Below, piece after piece: positions 22,991 to 32,415 of a stretch of 64,000 nucleotides of DNA. Origin of the DNA: an uncultured Gemmatimonadales bacterium. GTDB taxonomy: Bacteria > Gemmatimonadota > Gemmatimonadetes > Gemmatimonadales > GWC2-71-9. The stretch lies in the NCBI GenBank assembly GCA_963821525.1, contig CAWGED010000007.1, forward strand, positions 31,134 through 95,133, written 5' to 3'. Numbering within the stretch: position 1 is the first letter of the stretch; each line of letters opens with the position of its first letter. Both the position numbers and the translations under genes were made by a program. The notes under the pieces are model-generated. The model was not told the DNA's origin. It ran no database searches and saw nothing but the letters and a program-made list of their open reading frames with translations.

Positions 22991-24778
22991 ATGCTCACCC
23001 TCGCCATCGCGCAGTTCCGGCCCGATAAAGGAGCGTACGCCAGGAACCTGGCGCGCCTGGGAGAGGTGTTCAAAGAGGTCGGGAAATGGCCTGATCCGCC
23101 CGGGCTGGTTGTCGCTCCGGAGTCGGCGTTGACCGGCTATTTCCTCGAAGGTGGAGTGCGGGATCTCGCCCTGCCCGCCGAGCAGCTCTTTCAGGATCTC
23201 GCCCGAGTTCACGCCGAGTCAGGTGCTCCCCCACTCGACATTTCGCTCGGCTTCTACGAGGTCTATCGCAATCACCTGCACAATTCGGCGCTGTATGCAA
23301 GCCTCGGCGGTGGCGACGCGGGAATTCGCCACGTGCATCGCAAGGTGTTTCTCCCGACCTACGGGGTGTTCGACGAGGAGCGGTTCGTCGAGCCGGGGCA
23401 GGAAGTCGCCGCATTTGATACCCGCTGGGGCAGGGCAGCCATGTTGGTTTGCGAAGACGCATGGCATTCGCTGACTCCGACTCTCGCGGCTCTGGATGGG
23501 GCACAACTCATCATCGTTCCCAGTGCTACTCCGGCTCGTGGCATCACCGCGCCTGGCAACGGAGGCAGGCCCGCCAACCTCGATCGCTGGGATCGGTTGG
23601 CACAGGGGATTGCCGAGGAGCACGGCGTATTCGTCGTGGTAACTCACCTGGTCGGTTTCGAGGGGGGGAAGGGATTTGTTGGAGGGTCCGTGCTGGTCAA
23701 TCCCCGAGGCCAGGCGATAGTTCACGCTCCGCTGTTTGAGCCCGCTACCGTCCCGGCTGTCATCGACTTCGAGGAGATCACTCGAGCCCGGGCCGAGACG
23801 CCGTTGCTATCTGACCTCAGGCTTCGGCTGCCGCACTTGCTCGCGTCGCTGGCGGAAACCAGGGATGGGGGAAAGGAAGACGGGGACGAGCCCGAGGCGC
23901 CGGGGGTGAAGAGCGCCGTCGCGACTCCTTCACGGAAGGTCTCGCGTCCGCCGCGACCGGTGGATTCTCTGGCGATCGATCCCGGCCTCACCCGCCGCTG
24001 GCTCGTGGAATTCATCAGAGATGAAGTTCAGCGGCGGCGCCGGTTCTCCAACGTGGTCATCGGCCTCTCGGGCGGCGTGGACAGCGCGCTGGTCGCCTTC
24101 CTGGCCGCCGAGGCCTTGGGCAAGGAAAATGTTACTGCCGTGCGAATGCCCTACCGAACCTCGAGTCCCGACAGCCTGGAGCACGCCCAGCTGGTGATAG
24201 ACCAGCTGGGAATTCGGAGCCGGACGGTGGATATCAGCGCCGCGGTGGATGGACTCGTCGCCGCGATAGGAGGCGACTCGTCGCCTTCCCGCAAGGGAAA
24301 CGTCATGGCCCGGATGCGAATGATCACGCTCTTCGATCTCTCCGCAGAGCTTGACGCGTTGCCGCTGGGAACCGGAAACAAGACCGAGCGGTTGCTGGGC
24401 TACTTTACCTGGCACGCCGACGATTCACCGCCGGTCAATCCGATCGGCGATCTGTTCAAGACGCAGGTCTGGGCGTTGGCCCGCTTCGTCAAGGTGCCGG
24501 AAGTGATCGTCACCAAGCCCGCGAGCGCCGATCTGATCAAGGGGCAGACCGACGAAGGCGATTTCGGAATCTCCTATCCCAAGGCAGACCAGATCCTCCA
24601 CGGCCTCTTGACCGGACTCCGTCCGGAAGAGATCGTCGCCCAGGGACTGACCCGGGAGGAGGTGGAGCTGGTCCGCAAACGCCTCGAGTCCACTCACTGG
24701 AAGCGCCGCCTGCCGACCGTGGCCATGCTGTCGCAGACGGCGATTGGGGAGTATTACTTGAGGCCGGTTGATTTCTAA
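22991..24778 (+). CDS. nadE: Glutamine-dependent NAD+ synthetase
   Basis: Nitrilase E-K-C triad (APES, HRKVFLP, VCED) plus GLSGGVDS, GTGNKTE, DLFKTQV, PASADL. Confidence 0.93.
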   Translation: MLTLAIAQFRPDKGAYARNLARLGEVFKEVGKWPDPPGLVVAPESALTGYFLEGGVRDLALPAEQLFQDLARVHAESGAPPLDISLGFYEVYRNHLHNSALYASLGGGDAGIRHVHRKVFLPTYGVFDEERFVEPGQEVAAFDTRWGRAAMLVCEDAWHSLTPTLAALDGAQLIIVPSATPARGITAPGNGGRPANLDRWDRLAQGIAEEHGVFVVVTHLVGFEGGKGFVGGSVLVNPRGQAIVHAPLFEPATVPAVIDFEEITRARAETPLLSDLRLRLPHLLASLAETRDGGKEDGDEPEAPGVKSAVATPSRKVSRPPRPVDSLAIDPGLTRRWLVEFIRDEVQRRRRFSNVVIGLSGGVDSALVAFLAAEALGKENVTAVRMPYRTSSPDSLEHAQLVIDQLGIRSRTVDISAAVDGLVAAIGGDSSPSRKGNVMARMRMITLFDLSAELDALPLGTGNKTERLLGYFTWHADDSPPVNPIGDLFKTQVWALARFVKVPEVIVTKPASADLIKGQTDEGDFGISYPKADQILHGLLTGLRPEEIVAQGLTREEVELVRKRLESTHWKRRLPTVAMLSQTAIGEYYLRPVDF

Positions 24779-24782
24779 GGGC

Positions 24783-24813
24783 GTGAGCGGTGAGCGGTAA
24801 GCGGTGAGCGGGC
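24783..24813. repeat. Left arm, (GTGAGCG)4-GGC
   Basis: Reverse complement of 25249-25279 at 29/31 positions. Confidence 0.9.
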
Positions 24814-24815
24814 AG

Positions 24816-25183
24816 TCAGCGAGTCGCTTTCTTTCCAGTCTCGCGATGAAGCAGTCCTAGCAGCAGTCGCTGGGATCGTTGAGAACTGGCTTTGATTTGC
24901 TCGATTTCGTCCCTTTCATTCGGCAGGAACTCGGCTAAATGCTCAAGTAGCTCATTGGTCTCGATTGCAGATCCGTAGGCGATACGCAGGTGACGGCAGA
25001 ACAACGATGGTCTGGAAAGCGCATACCCTTCGGCAATATTCAACTGTACCGATAGAGCGAACGTTGTAGTTGGTCATAGACGGCCTTCAGGTGAGGTCGC
25101 CAATGGGTCTGTGCGAGGAGGATAACTCTCTGGCTGACCTTTCTAGCTTCCTGCCAGGCGAACAAGCTGGTATGGTCTCTCAT
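24816..25183 (-). CDS. Four-helix-bundle protein (23S rRNA IVP / TIGR02436 family; frameshift ~25057)
   Basis: MRDHTSLFAWQEAR...DQLQRS / LSVQLNIAEGY...F..HLRIAYGSAIET; visibly lower GC than neighbours. Confidence 0.85.
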
Positions 25184-25248
25184 GGGTTCACCAATCCAAG
25201 CAGGTGAACATGGCTATCCAAGCCACGCAATTGAGGACCCAAAACGCC

Positions 25249-25279
25249 GCCCGCTCACCGTTCACCGCTCACCGCTCAC
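25249..25279. repeat. Right arm, GCC-(CGCTCAC)4
   Basis: Inverted partner of 24783-24813. Confidence 0.9.
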
Positions 25280-25284
25280 CGAAC

Positions 25285-25746
25285 ATGACGCCCGACTCTC
25301 ACCCCATGTCCTTCAGCCGATCCGAGCTGACCTCGCTCGTGATGCCTCACATGCAGAATGTCCTGGGTGATCTGTTCGGCGGGCATCTGCTGGCGATGGT
25401 GGATCAGGCCGCCGCGGTGGCGGCGATACGGCATGCGGGTGGTCCGGCGGTCACGGCGAGGATGGATCGGGTGGATTTCCGGGAGCGGATCCCCGTCGGC
25501 GCTCTGGTCACCTGTGCCGCCGCCGTGGACTATGTGGGCAACTCCTCCATGCACGTCTCGGTGGACGTCTTCGCCGAGAACGTCGCCACGGGTCATCGGC
25601 GCCACACCCATACCGCCTCGGTCATCTTCGTCGCGATCGATGAGAACGGGAAACCCAAGCGGGTTCCGCGGCTCATTCCCGAGACTCCGGAAGAACAGGA
25701 ACGCTACGATCGGGCCCGGCTCATGGCCGAGAAGAGGCAGGCGTGA
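25285..25746 (+). CDS. Acyl-CoA thioesterase, hotdog fold
   Basis: VMP...N..G.LFGG.LL..VD.AA, VTA..D.VDF, FVAIDENGKP. Confidence 0.9.
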   Translation: MTPDSHPMSFSRSELTSLVMPHMQNVLGDLFGGHLLAMVDQAAAVAAIRHAGGPAVTARMDRVDFRERIPVGALVTCAAAVDYVGNSSMHVSVDVFAENVATGHRRHTHTASVIFVAIDENGKPKRVPRLIPETPEEQERYDRARLMAEKRQA

Positions 25747-26579
25747 GTACCGGCAAGGTGGTGCTGGTCCTGAGCGGGGGAGGGGCCAGGGCGGCGGCGC
25801 AGATCGGCGTCATGCAGGCGCTGCTAGCGGGTGGCATCGCGCCCACGAACTTCGTCGGCACCTCGATGGGTGCGGTGATCGCGGCGATGTTCGCCTCGGG
25901 CATGTCTCCCGATGAGGCGATCCTCCGCGTGGGCGGACTGGAAAACCGGGATGTGGTGCACGCCAGCCGGTTGTCCCTGCTCCGAGGTCTCTGGTCTCGA
26001 AAGATCCTCGAGGAGGCCCCGCTCCGGGCCGCGATCAAGCGCCTGGTCCCCGCGGAACGATTCTCCGACCTCAGGTACCGGCTCACGGTGACTGCCACCG
26101 ACATCGATTCCGGCGGTCTCATGTGCTTCGGCGAGGGCGGCGCCGAGGCGCCGCTGCAGGACGCGTTGTACGCGAGCTGCGCATTGCCTCTGTTCTATCC
26201 TCCGGCAAATATCGGCGTTCGCCGCTTCGCCGATGGTGGCCTTCGTGCTGTGCTGCCGCTTCAGGTGGCGGCCTGGTTCGAACCGGGCTTGGTAGTGGCG
26301 GTGGACGTTGGCCCCGGGTTCGACGAGACCCCGCCGGTCGACGGACCGAGTTTTCCACCGGTGGTCGAAACCCACAACAACAGCACCCGGATCCTGATGG
26401 CGAACCAGACCGCCCAGGCGATCTCGCTCTGGAAGCTCACGCCCGATCGTCCGCCCCTGGTCTACATCCGTCCTCCCGCCGAGCGTGGTGCTACCTTCCG
26501 TCTCGACCTGATCCGGCGCTATGTGGAGGAGGGTCGTGAGGCGGCCCTGAAGGCATTGTCGGACTTGATTCCGTCGTGA
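25743..26579 (+). CDS. Patatin-like phospholipase
   Basis: LSGGGAR, GTSMG, DGG. Confidence 0.9.
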   Translation: MSTGKVVLVLSGGGARAAAQIGVMQALLAGGIAPTNFVGTSMGAVIAAMFASGMSPDEAILRVGGLENRDVVHASRLSLLRGLWSRKILEEAPLRAAIKRLVPAERFSDLRYRLTVTATDIDSGGLMCFGEGGAEAPLQDALYASCALPLFYPPANIGVRRFADGGLRAVLPLQVAAWFEPGLVVAVDVGPGFDETPPVDGPSFPPVVETHNNSTRILMANQTAQAISLWKLTPDRPPLVYIRPPAERGATFRLDLIRRYVEEGREAALKALSDLIPS

Positions 26580-26621
26580 GGGTGAGCAGATTCGGAATTA
26601 CCTATTAACCTGATTCGGGCA

Positions 26622-27029
26622 ATGCGCGCTTCTGAAGTGATGGTTCCAAATCCTTTCGTCGCTGTCGCCAATGCATCAGCGAGCGAAGTGGCGATCATGT
26701 TCCGCAGCCGCAATATCTCCGTGGTGCCGGTGGTGGACGACCATCGCACCCGGCGCTTCCTCGGCGTCCTGAGCGATCGCGATCTGGTGACCCGCTGTCT
26801 CGCGGCGGGGAACGATCCCCTGTATACCCGGGCCGATGCGCTGATGCGTACCGACAGTTGCGTCGTGAATCCGGATCAGGATCTCGAGGGATTCGTCTTG
26901 AAAATGAACCAGGACGCCAGCGAGTCTCATCTGCGGGCGACCATCACCGTGATCGACGGCGACCACCGGGTCGTGGGCTTCATCAGCCACCCCGAAGATG
27001 TCGCCGGGATCACCATCATCTGGTCCTGA
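26622..27029 (+). CDS. CBS domain protein
   Basis: VPVVD...LGVLSDRDLV. Confidence 0.8.
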   Translation: MRASEVMVPNPFVAVANASASEVAIMFRSRNISVVPVVDDHRTRRFLGVLSDRDLVTRCLAAGNDPLYTRADALMRTDSCVVNPDQDLEGFVLKMNQDASESHLRATITVIDGDHRVVGFISHPEDVAGITIIWS

Positions 27030-27030
27030 C

Positions 27031-27457
27031 GTGGGAACCCCCAGGATCTTCACCGTGGCCGAGGCAGAGAGGACCTTGCCGTTGGTGCGCCACATCGTGG
27101 GAGATCTGCTGCTGGCGTATCCGCGAGTGGCGCGAGGCGCTGGCGCGCTACGAACTGCTCACCGGGCCGGCCCGCGCCGAGTGGGGTGAGACCCAGGAAC
27201 TGCTGGCCGCGCGCGAGGCGGTGACCAGCCAAGCCGAGCGAATCCACAAGTACCTGGAGGAGCTCGATCAGATCGGGTGCGTGTTCAAGGGATTCGAGGC
27301 AGGGCTGGTGGATTTCTACGCCCTGCGCGAGGATCGTCTGGTCTTTCTCTGCTGGAAGCTCGGCGAGGAGCGGATCACCCACTGGCACGACATCGACGCC
27401 GGCTTCGCCGGACGCCATCCGATTGACAACACCATGCTCAGCGAGACGATTGCCTGA
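27031..27457 (+). CDS. DUF2203 family protein (frameshift ~27125)
   Basis: FTVAEAERTLPLV; GC.FKG...GLVDF......VFLCWKLGE.RITHWH...AGFAGR.P. Confidence 0.85.
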
Positions 27458-27906
27458 TGCGAATCTGGATTCTGCTGCATATCGCGGGCTTCGTGGCCTG
27501 GATGGGTGGGGGCTTTTCGAACATGCTGATGGGCATCATGGCACGGCAGGAGGATCGCGCGACCCAGGGTGCTATTGCCCGCCTGCAGGCCCAGGTGGGT
27601 CGCCGGCTGATGGGGCCGGGGGCGCTGGTCGCCGTGATCTCCGGCGTGTACCTCAGCATCGTCGTCATGCGCTCGGGCACCACGCCATCCGCCTGGCTCA
27701 TGCTCATGCAGGGTGCCGGCCTCGTGGCCGCACTCATCGTGCTCTTCGTTCTGCTGCCCAACGGCGCCCGACTGGGCAGAACCAACCCGACCGGCCAGAC
27801 CGCACCGCTGTTCGACGCGCTGAAGAAGCGGCAGGCGATCGCGGGGAGTATTGCGGGGACGCTGGGTCTCTTGGCCCTGCTCGGGGGAGTGTTTTCGAAA
27901 TACTGA
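27457..27906 (+). CDS. Four-TM membrane protein (DUF2269-like)
   Basis: LH.....W.GG, four hydrophobic segments. Confidence 0.6.
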   Translation: MRIWILLHIAGFVAWMGGGFSNMLMGIMARQEDRATQGAIARLQAQVGRRLMGPGALVAVISGVYLSIVVMRSGTTPSAWLMLMQGAGLVAALIVLFVLLPNGARLGRTNPTGQTAPLFDALKKRQAIAGSIAGTLGLLALLGGVFSKY

Positions 27907-28024
27907 GTACCGAGTACCTAGTACCGAGTACCTAGAATGCCAGACCGTAACTCGATCTCGTGAGGAACTCCGAGGATAGGGCCCCGCTGCTTACTCGGTA
28001 CTCGGTACTAGGTACCCGGTACTC
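27905..28024. repeat. Inverted heptamer arrays (GAGTACC)4 / (CTCGGTA)4 between convergent genes
   Basis: Directly visible; the right arm contains the stop codon of the RCC1 gene. Confidence 0.85.
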
Positions 28025-29207
28025 TAACAGGCACAATGCTGTTCGTCGCCCCCGCTCCCAGCTCACCGCGCGTCCCCTGTCCCCAGCAGTAGACTCCGCC
28101 GCTCGTCGAATTGCCGCAGTAGGTCGCCGTTTCGCCCCAGATCCGGGAGAACTCGACTCCGCCGCCTACGGCGACCGGCGTGTCGAAGCGGAAGGTGCTC
28201 CCGATCGGCGTGGTTCCGACCTCGCCAGCTCCGTTGACGCCCCAGCAGTAGGGATCTCCCGCCGCGGTGAGACCGCACTCGGTGACCCGGGCTGATTCGA
28301 TCGTCTCGAACTTGAGGGAGGTGTTCACCGGGTTGGGGACGTAATACTTGAGGTCGCCGGAGTTGAGCAGTGGCAGCACGTCGATCCCCCAGCACCACGG
28401 AGTCCCGTCTCCGGTGAGCCCGCAGGTGTGAAGTCCGCCGGCACTCACCTGCCGGAAGCGAAGACCGCCCGCGACCGGAAGAGGCTCCTCGACATACTCG
28501 ATCACACTGTCGGCGCCGAGCTGGCCCTGGTGGTTGATGCCCCAGCACCAGGCCTGGCCGTCATCGGTGAGGCCGCAGGCATGGCCGCTGCCGCTGACGC
28601 TGATTCGCGCGAAATGATGGCCCCCGGAGACGGCGACCGGCGCTCGACTGCAGGGACCATCGGGACAATTCTCCGGCGCCGGAGTTCCCAACTGGCCGAA
28701 GTCGCTCAGTCCCCAGCACCATGCCGATCCGTCGGCGGTGAGGCCGCAGGTCTCCTGACCGCTCGCTGCGAGGGTGGTGAAGACGATGTTGCCGGCTACG
28801 GGAGTCGGTGAGGTCGCGCAGGGAGAGCCTCCGCAGTCTCCCGTTGCCGCGCTCCCCCCGCCGAGTTGACCGTTCTGGTCCAGTCCCCAGCAGAGGGCGG
28901 CACCCTGAAGAGTGAGGCCGCAGGTGTGATACTTCCCGGCGACGAGTGCGGTGAAGATGTTTTGTCCGCTGACGAGTGCCGGACCGGCCTTGGCGGGCGT
29001 TGAATCTCCACCCAACTGGCCTTCGGATCCTCGGCCCCAACAGACGGCGAGACCGGATCCGTCAATCACGCAGTTGTGGGCATCTCCTGCGGCGACGGTG
29101 GTATTGATCGGGTCGAGACCGGTGAATCCATCGTCGGAATTACTGGTCCCCTCGCAGGCGAGGAGCGTGACAAGGGCCAGGGCGAGTTGGCTACGACAGG
29201 GAATCAT
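28008..29207 (-). CDS. RCC1-repeat lipoprotein
   Basis: Lipobox LLAC; repeated AG..HTCG....G.A.CWG....GQLG. Confidence 0.88.
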   Translation of the reverse strand: MIPCRSQLALALVTLLACEGTSNSDDGFTGLDPINTTVAAGDAHNCVIDGSGLAVCWGRGSEGQLGGDSTPAKAGPALVSGQNIFTALVAGKYHTCGLTLQGAALCWGLDQNGQLGGGSAATGDCGGSPCATSPTPVAGNIVFTTLAASGQETCGLTADGSAWCWGLSDFGQLGTPAPENCPDGPCSRAPVAVSGGHHFARISVSGSGHACGLTDDGQAWCWGINHQGQLGADSVIEYVEEPLPVAGGLRFRQVSAGGLHTCGLTGDGTPWCWGIDVLPLLNSGDLKYYVPNPVNTSLKFETIESARVTECGLTAAGDPYCWGVNGAGEVGTTPIGSTFRFDTPVAVGGGVEFSRIWGETATYCGNSTSGGVYCWGQGTRGELGAGATNSIVPVRVPGT

Positions 29208-29210
29208 GGG

Positions 29211-29885
29211 CTAGTCCAGGGATGATGTGGCCGGCTGCCACCTCCTTCCTGACGCACAGACCGCCCTGACCGGACACATCCCGCAGCGCGCGATCCGGGC
29301 AGTACAGACTCGCGCTCCCAGTTCCATGATCGCCTGGTTGAAGGTCCAGGCTGGGTTGCCTCGTTTGGGCACCAAGGCCTGGGCCGTGTTCCAAATCTTC
29401 CGAAAGCCCCTGGACCCGGAGGCCCGCGGATGGAAGGCACGGCGAATCACCCGCGCCACGTTGGTGTCCACGGTGGGCGTTGCGTGCTCGAAGGCGAAGC
29501 AGGCGACCGCACCGGCGGTGTATTGCCCGACACCGGGCAGTCGCTTGAGCGATTCCAGGTCGTCCGGGACCCTGCCGCCGTGATCCGCCACGACGACCTG
29601 AGCCAGCCGGTGCAGGTTTACGGCACGCCGGTAGTAACCCAGTCCTTCCCAGCTCTCCCGCACCTTGGCCGGATGAGCGCGCGCGAGGGCGTGAATCGTG
29701 GGATAACGCCGGAGAAACTTTCCGTAGTAGAGCTCGACCCGCGACACCTGCGTCTGCTGGAGCATGAACTCGGAGACCAGTACTTCATACGGATCGCGCG
29801 TGTTGCGCCAGGGGAGGTCGCGACCGGTACGCCGGTACCAGCGGGTGAGGCGGTTGCGGAAGGTCTGGTATTCGGGTGTGGGCAT
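29211..29885 (-). CDS. mutY: A/G-specific adenine glycosylase (short form, no C-terminal domain)
   Basis: RDLPWR, VSEFMLQQTQV, WEGLGYY, LPGVGQYTA, VDTNVAR, CX6CX2CX5C. Confidence 0.9.
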   Translation of the reverse strand: MPTPEYQTFRNRLTRWYRRTGRDLPWRNTRDPYEVLVSEFMLQQTQVSRVELYYGKFLRRYPTIHALARAHPAKVRESWEGLGYYRRAVNLHRLAQVVVADHGGRVPDDLESLKRLPGVGQYTAGAVACFAFEHATPTVDTNVARVIRRAFHPRASGSRGFRKIWNTAQALVPKRGNPAWTFNQAIMELGARVCTARIARCGMCPVRAVCASGRRWQPATSSLD

Positions 29886-29955
29886 GGTCGCAGCCAAAAC
29901 CATAAGGCAGGAGGGTACGGTGTGCTATCTGCCGGTACGCTGTAGCTTATAGCCC

Positions 29956-30750
29956 ATGACCGCACCGTCCACCACGCTGGATCTACGGCGCCCCGTCGGC
30001 AAGTATGTCCTGAGCGCCCTGGCGCACGTCGGCCGGCTGAGCCTGATGGTCGGGGAGATGGCCCGGAACATCGGTGAGTGGCGAATCTGGCTGCCCCGCA
30101 CCATCACCGAAATGTGGAATATCGGCGTCGGGAGCTTTCCGATCGTGGTGTTAGTCTCCGGCTTCGCCGGCGCCGTGACAGCTCTGCAGACCGGCTATCA
30201 GTTCAGCGGCAACATCCCCTACTACGTTGTCGGCACGCTCATCGTCGAGTCCATCGTGCTCGAGTTGGGCCCGGTGCTGACGGCGCTGGTGCTGGCGGGC
30301 CGAATCGGGGCCCGCTACGCGGCCGAGCTTGGCACCATGCGGGTGACCGAGCAGATCGACGCGCTGGAGACGCTGGGGCGCTCACCCGCCTCCCACCTGG
30401 TCATCCCCCGTGTGCTGGCCGGGGCGATCATGATTCCGGTGCTCGTGGTCATCGCCAACGTGGTCGGTGTCTACGCGGGCTGGGTCTCGGTGCAGGCCGT
30501 CCTGCCGGTGACCGATGCCGACTTCACCTATGGTGCCCGGGTCTTCTGGCGTCCGTTCGACGCGTACTACTCGATCATCAAGGCGTTCGCCTTCGCCAAT
30601 TGTATCACCATCATCTCCTGCTACATGGGATTCAACACCCAGCAGGGTGCGGAGGGCGTGGGGAAATCCACCACCGGGGCCGTGGTCTCGAGCTGCGTCA
30701 TGATTCTGCTGCTCGACACCATGCTGGCCAAGCTGCTGCTCAACCAATGA
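29956..30750 (+). CDS. mlaE: MlaE family ABC permease
   Basis: ELGPVLTAL..AGRIGA..AAELGTMRVTEQIDAL. Confidence 0.93.
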   Translation: MTAPSTTLDLRRPVGKYVLSALAHVGRLSLMVGEMARNIGEWRIWLPRTITEMWNIGVGSFPIVVLVSGFAGAVTALQTGYQFSGNIPYYVVGTLIVESIVLELGPVLTALVLAGRIGARYAAELGTMRVTEQIDALETLGRSPASHLVIPRVLAGAIMIPVLVVIANVVGVYAGWVSVQAVLPVTDADFTYGARVFWRPFDAYYSIIKAFAFANCITIISCYMGFNTQQGAEGVGKSTTGAVVSSCVMILLLDTMLAKLLLNQ

Positions 30751-31499
30751 TCGAACTTCGCGACGTATACAAGCGGTTCGGGACGCAGGTGATCCTGGAC
30801 GGGGTGAACCTGACGGTGAAGGAGGGGGAGACCCTCGCCTTGCTCGGGCCCTCAGGAACGGGTAAGAGTGTTCTCCTCAAGCACATCGTGGGACTGATCC
30901 GGCCCGACAGGGGACAAGTCATCGTGGACGGGAAGGAGGTTCGCAAGCTCAACCGTCATGACCTCCGGGATTTGCGGGAGACTATCGGTTATGTCTTTCA
31001 GAACGGCGCCCTGTTTGATTCGCAGTCGGTCTTCGAGAATATCCGGCTGGGGATCACTGACGAGGCGAAGTATCTGGACGACGACTATTGCCACGAACGG
31101 GTCACGCGTTGCCTCAAGATGGTCAACCTCTCGCCCGAAACTGCCGACAAGTATCCGGCGCAACTATCCGGAGGGATGCGGAAGCGAGTGGGGATCTCGC
31201 GCGCCATTGCGGGCACTCCCAAGTACCTGCTCTATGACGAACCGACCTCGGGCCTCGACCCGGTCAATTCCGACATCATCGACGACCTGGTGAAAAGCCT
31301 CGCCGACGAACTCGGTGTCACCAGCATCATGGTCACCCACGACGTGAAGGGATCCTTCCGGACCGCGGACCGGATAGCCCTCCTCACCCATGGAAAGATC
31401 GTGCAGATCGGCACCCCCAAGGAGTTCATGGCCTCGACCGTGCCCGAAGTTCGCGAGTTCCTGGAGCGAGACTTCGGCAACGTCACCTTCGCCGCCTGA
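30747..31499 (+). CDS. mlaF: MlaF family ABC ATPase
   Basis: GPSGTGKS, FQNGALFD, LSGGMRKRV, YDEPTSGLDP. Confidence 0.93.
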   Translation: MIELRDVYKRFGTQVILDGVNLTVKEGETLALLGPSGTGKSVLLKHIVGLIRPDRGQVIVDGKEVRKLNRHDLRDLRETIGYVFQNGALFDSQSVFENIRLGITDEAKYLDDDYCHERVTRCLKMVNLSPETADKYPAQLSGGMRKRVGISRAIAGTPKYLLYDEPTSGLDPVNSDIIDDLVKSLADELGVTSIMVTHDVKGSFRTADRIALLTHGKIVQIGTPKEFMASTVPEVREFLERDFGNVTFAA

Positions 31500-31506
31500 G
31501 TAGCCA

Positions 31507-32394
31507 ATGGATCTGAACTACAAGCAGGAAATTGCCGTCGGCACCCTGGTTCTGGTCGGCATCGCGCTCTTCATCGCCGGCACCACGTGGCTCAAGGGGA
31601 CCAAGATCGGCCGGGAACGCCTGGTCCGGGTCGAGTTCGCCGATGTCGGGTCGCTCAAGGTCGGTGGCGACGTGACGGTCTCAGGAGTGTCCCAGGGCAG
31701 GGTGAAAAGGATCGAGCTGGAGCCCAACAGCCGGGTCCTGGTCTCCTTCAGCGTGCCGCCCACGGTGGTGCCCAAGGTGGATGCCACGGCCAAGATCTCG
31801 GCGGGATTCTTCAGCGCCGATTCCCGGGTGCTGTTCAATCCGGGCAGCGATGGCGCTCCCGCCCTTGCGGAGGATCAGGTGCTTCAGGGAGCGATGGACG
31901 AGGGGATCACCGGCAAATTCGCGGGCCTGGGAGACCGGGCCGATTCGGTGATGATCGGCCTGCAGGCCATTGCCAACCAGCGCACCGCAGACGACCTGCA
32001 CACGACGCTCGTCGCCATGCAAAGGGCACTCAACGCCATGGAGAGCCGGCTCAAGACGAGTGGAGACGAGGCGGAAAAGACCATGCGCTCACTGCAGGCG
32101 CTCTCGGCCCGCCTCGACACCACCGTTCAGACCCTGCCGCTCAAGTCCGCCATCAGCAACGCGGACACCCTGACCCGCAACCTCTCGGCGATGTCGGTTC
32201 AACTCAAGAACGCCGGCAGCCGACTCGACACGCTGCTCGCAGGCATCAACGCCGGACAGGGAACCTTGGGCAAGTTCGCCACCGATTCAGGGCTCTATTA
32301 CGACATGCGCGCGGTGAGTCAGAGTCTCAAGAACCTGATTGACGAGCTGAACAAGCATCCGGGGAAGGTGACGGTGCAGGTCAAGATGTTTTGA
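31507..32394 (+). CDS. mlaD: MlaD/MCE family protein
   Basis: N-terminal TM, F.DVGSL.VG..V.VSGV..G.V, coiled-coil tail. Confidence 0.88.
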   Translation: MDLNYKQEIAVGTLVLVGIALFIAGTTWLKGTKIGRERLVRVEFADVGSLKVGGDVTVSGVSQGRVKRIELEPNSRVLVSFSVPPTVVPKVDATAKISAGFFSADSRVLFNPGSDGAPALAEDQVLQGAMDEGITGKFAGLGDRADSVMIGLQAIANQRTADDLHTTLVAMQRALNAMESRLKTSGDEAEKTMRSLQALSARLDTTVQTLPLKSAISNADTLTRNLSAMSVQLKNAGSRLDTLLAGINAGQGTLGKFATDSGLYYDMRAVSQSLKNLIDELNKHPGKVTVQVKMF

Positions 32395-32415
32395 CCGGGG
32401 GACGGGAGACGGCTT

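Noticed and set aside
24816..25183. Diversity-generating retroelement because of the Avd-like gene
   Set aside because: No reverse transcriptase and no TR/VR pair differing at adenines seen in the window
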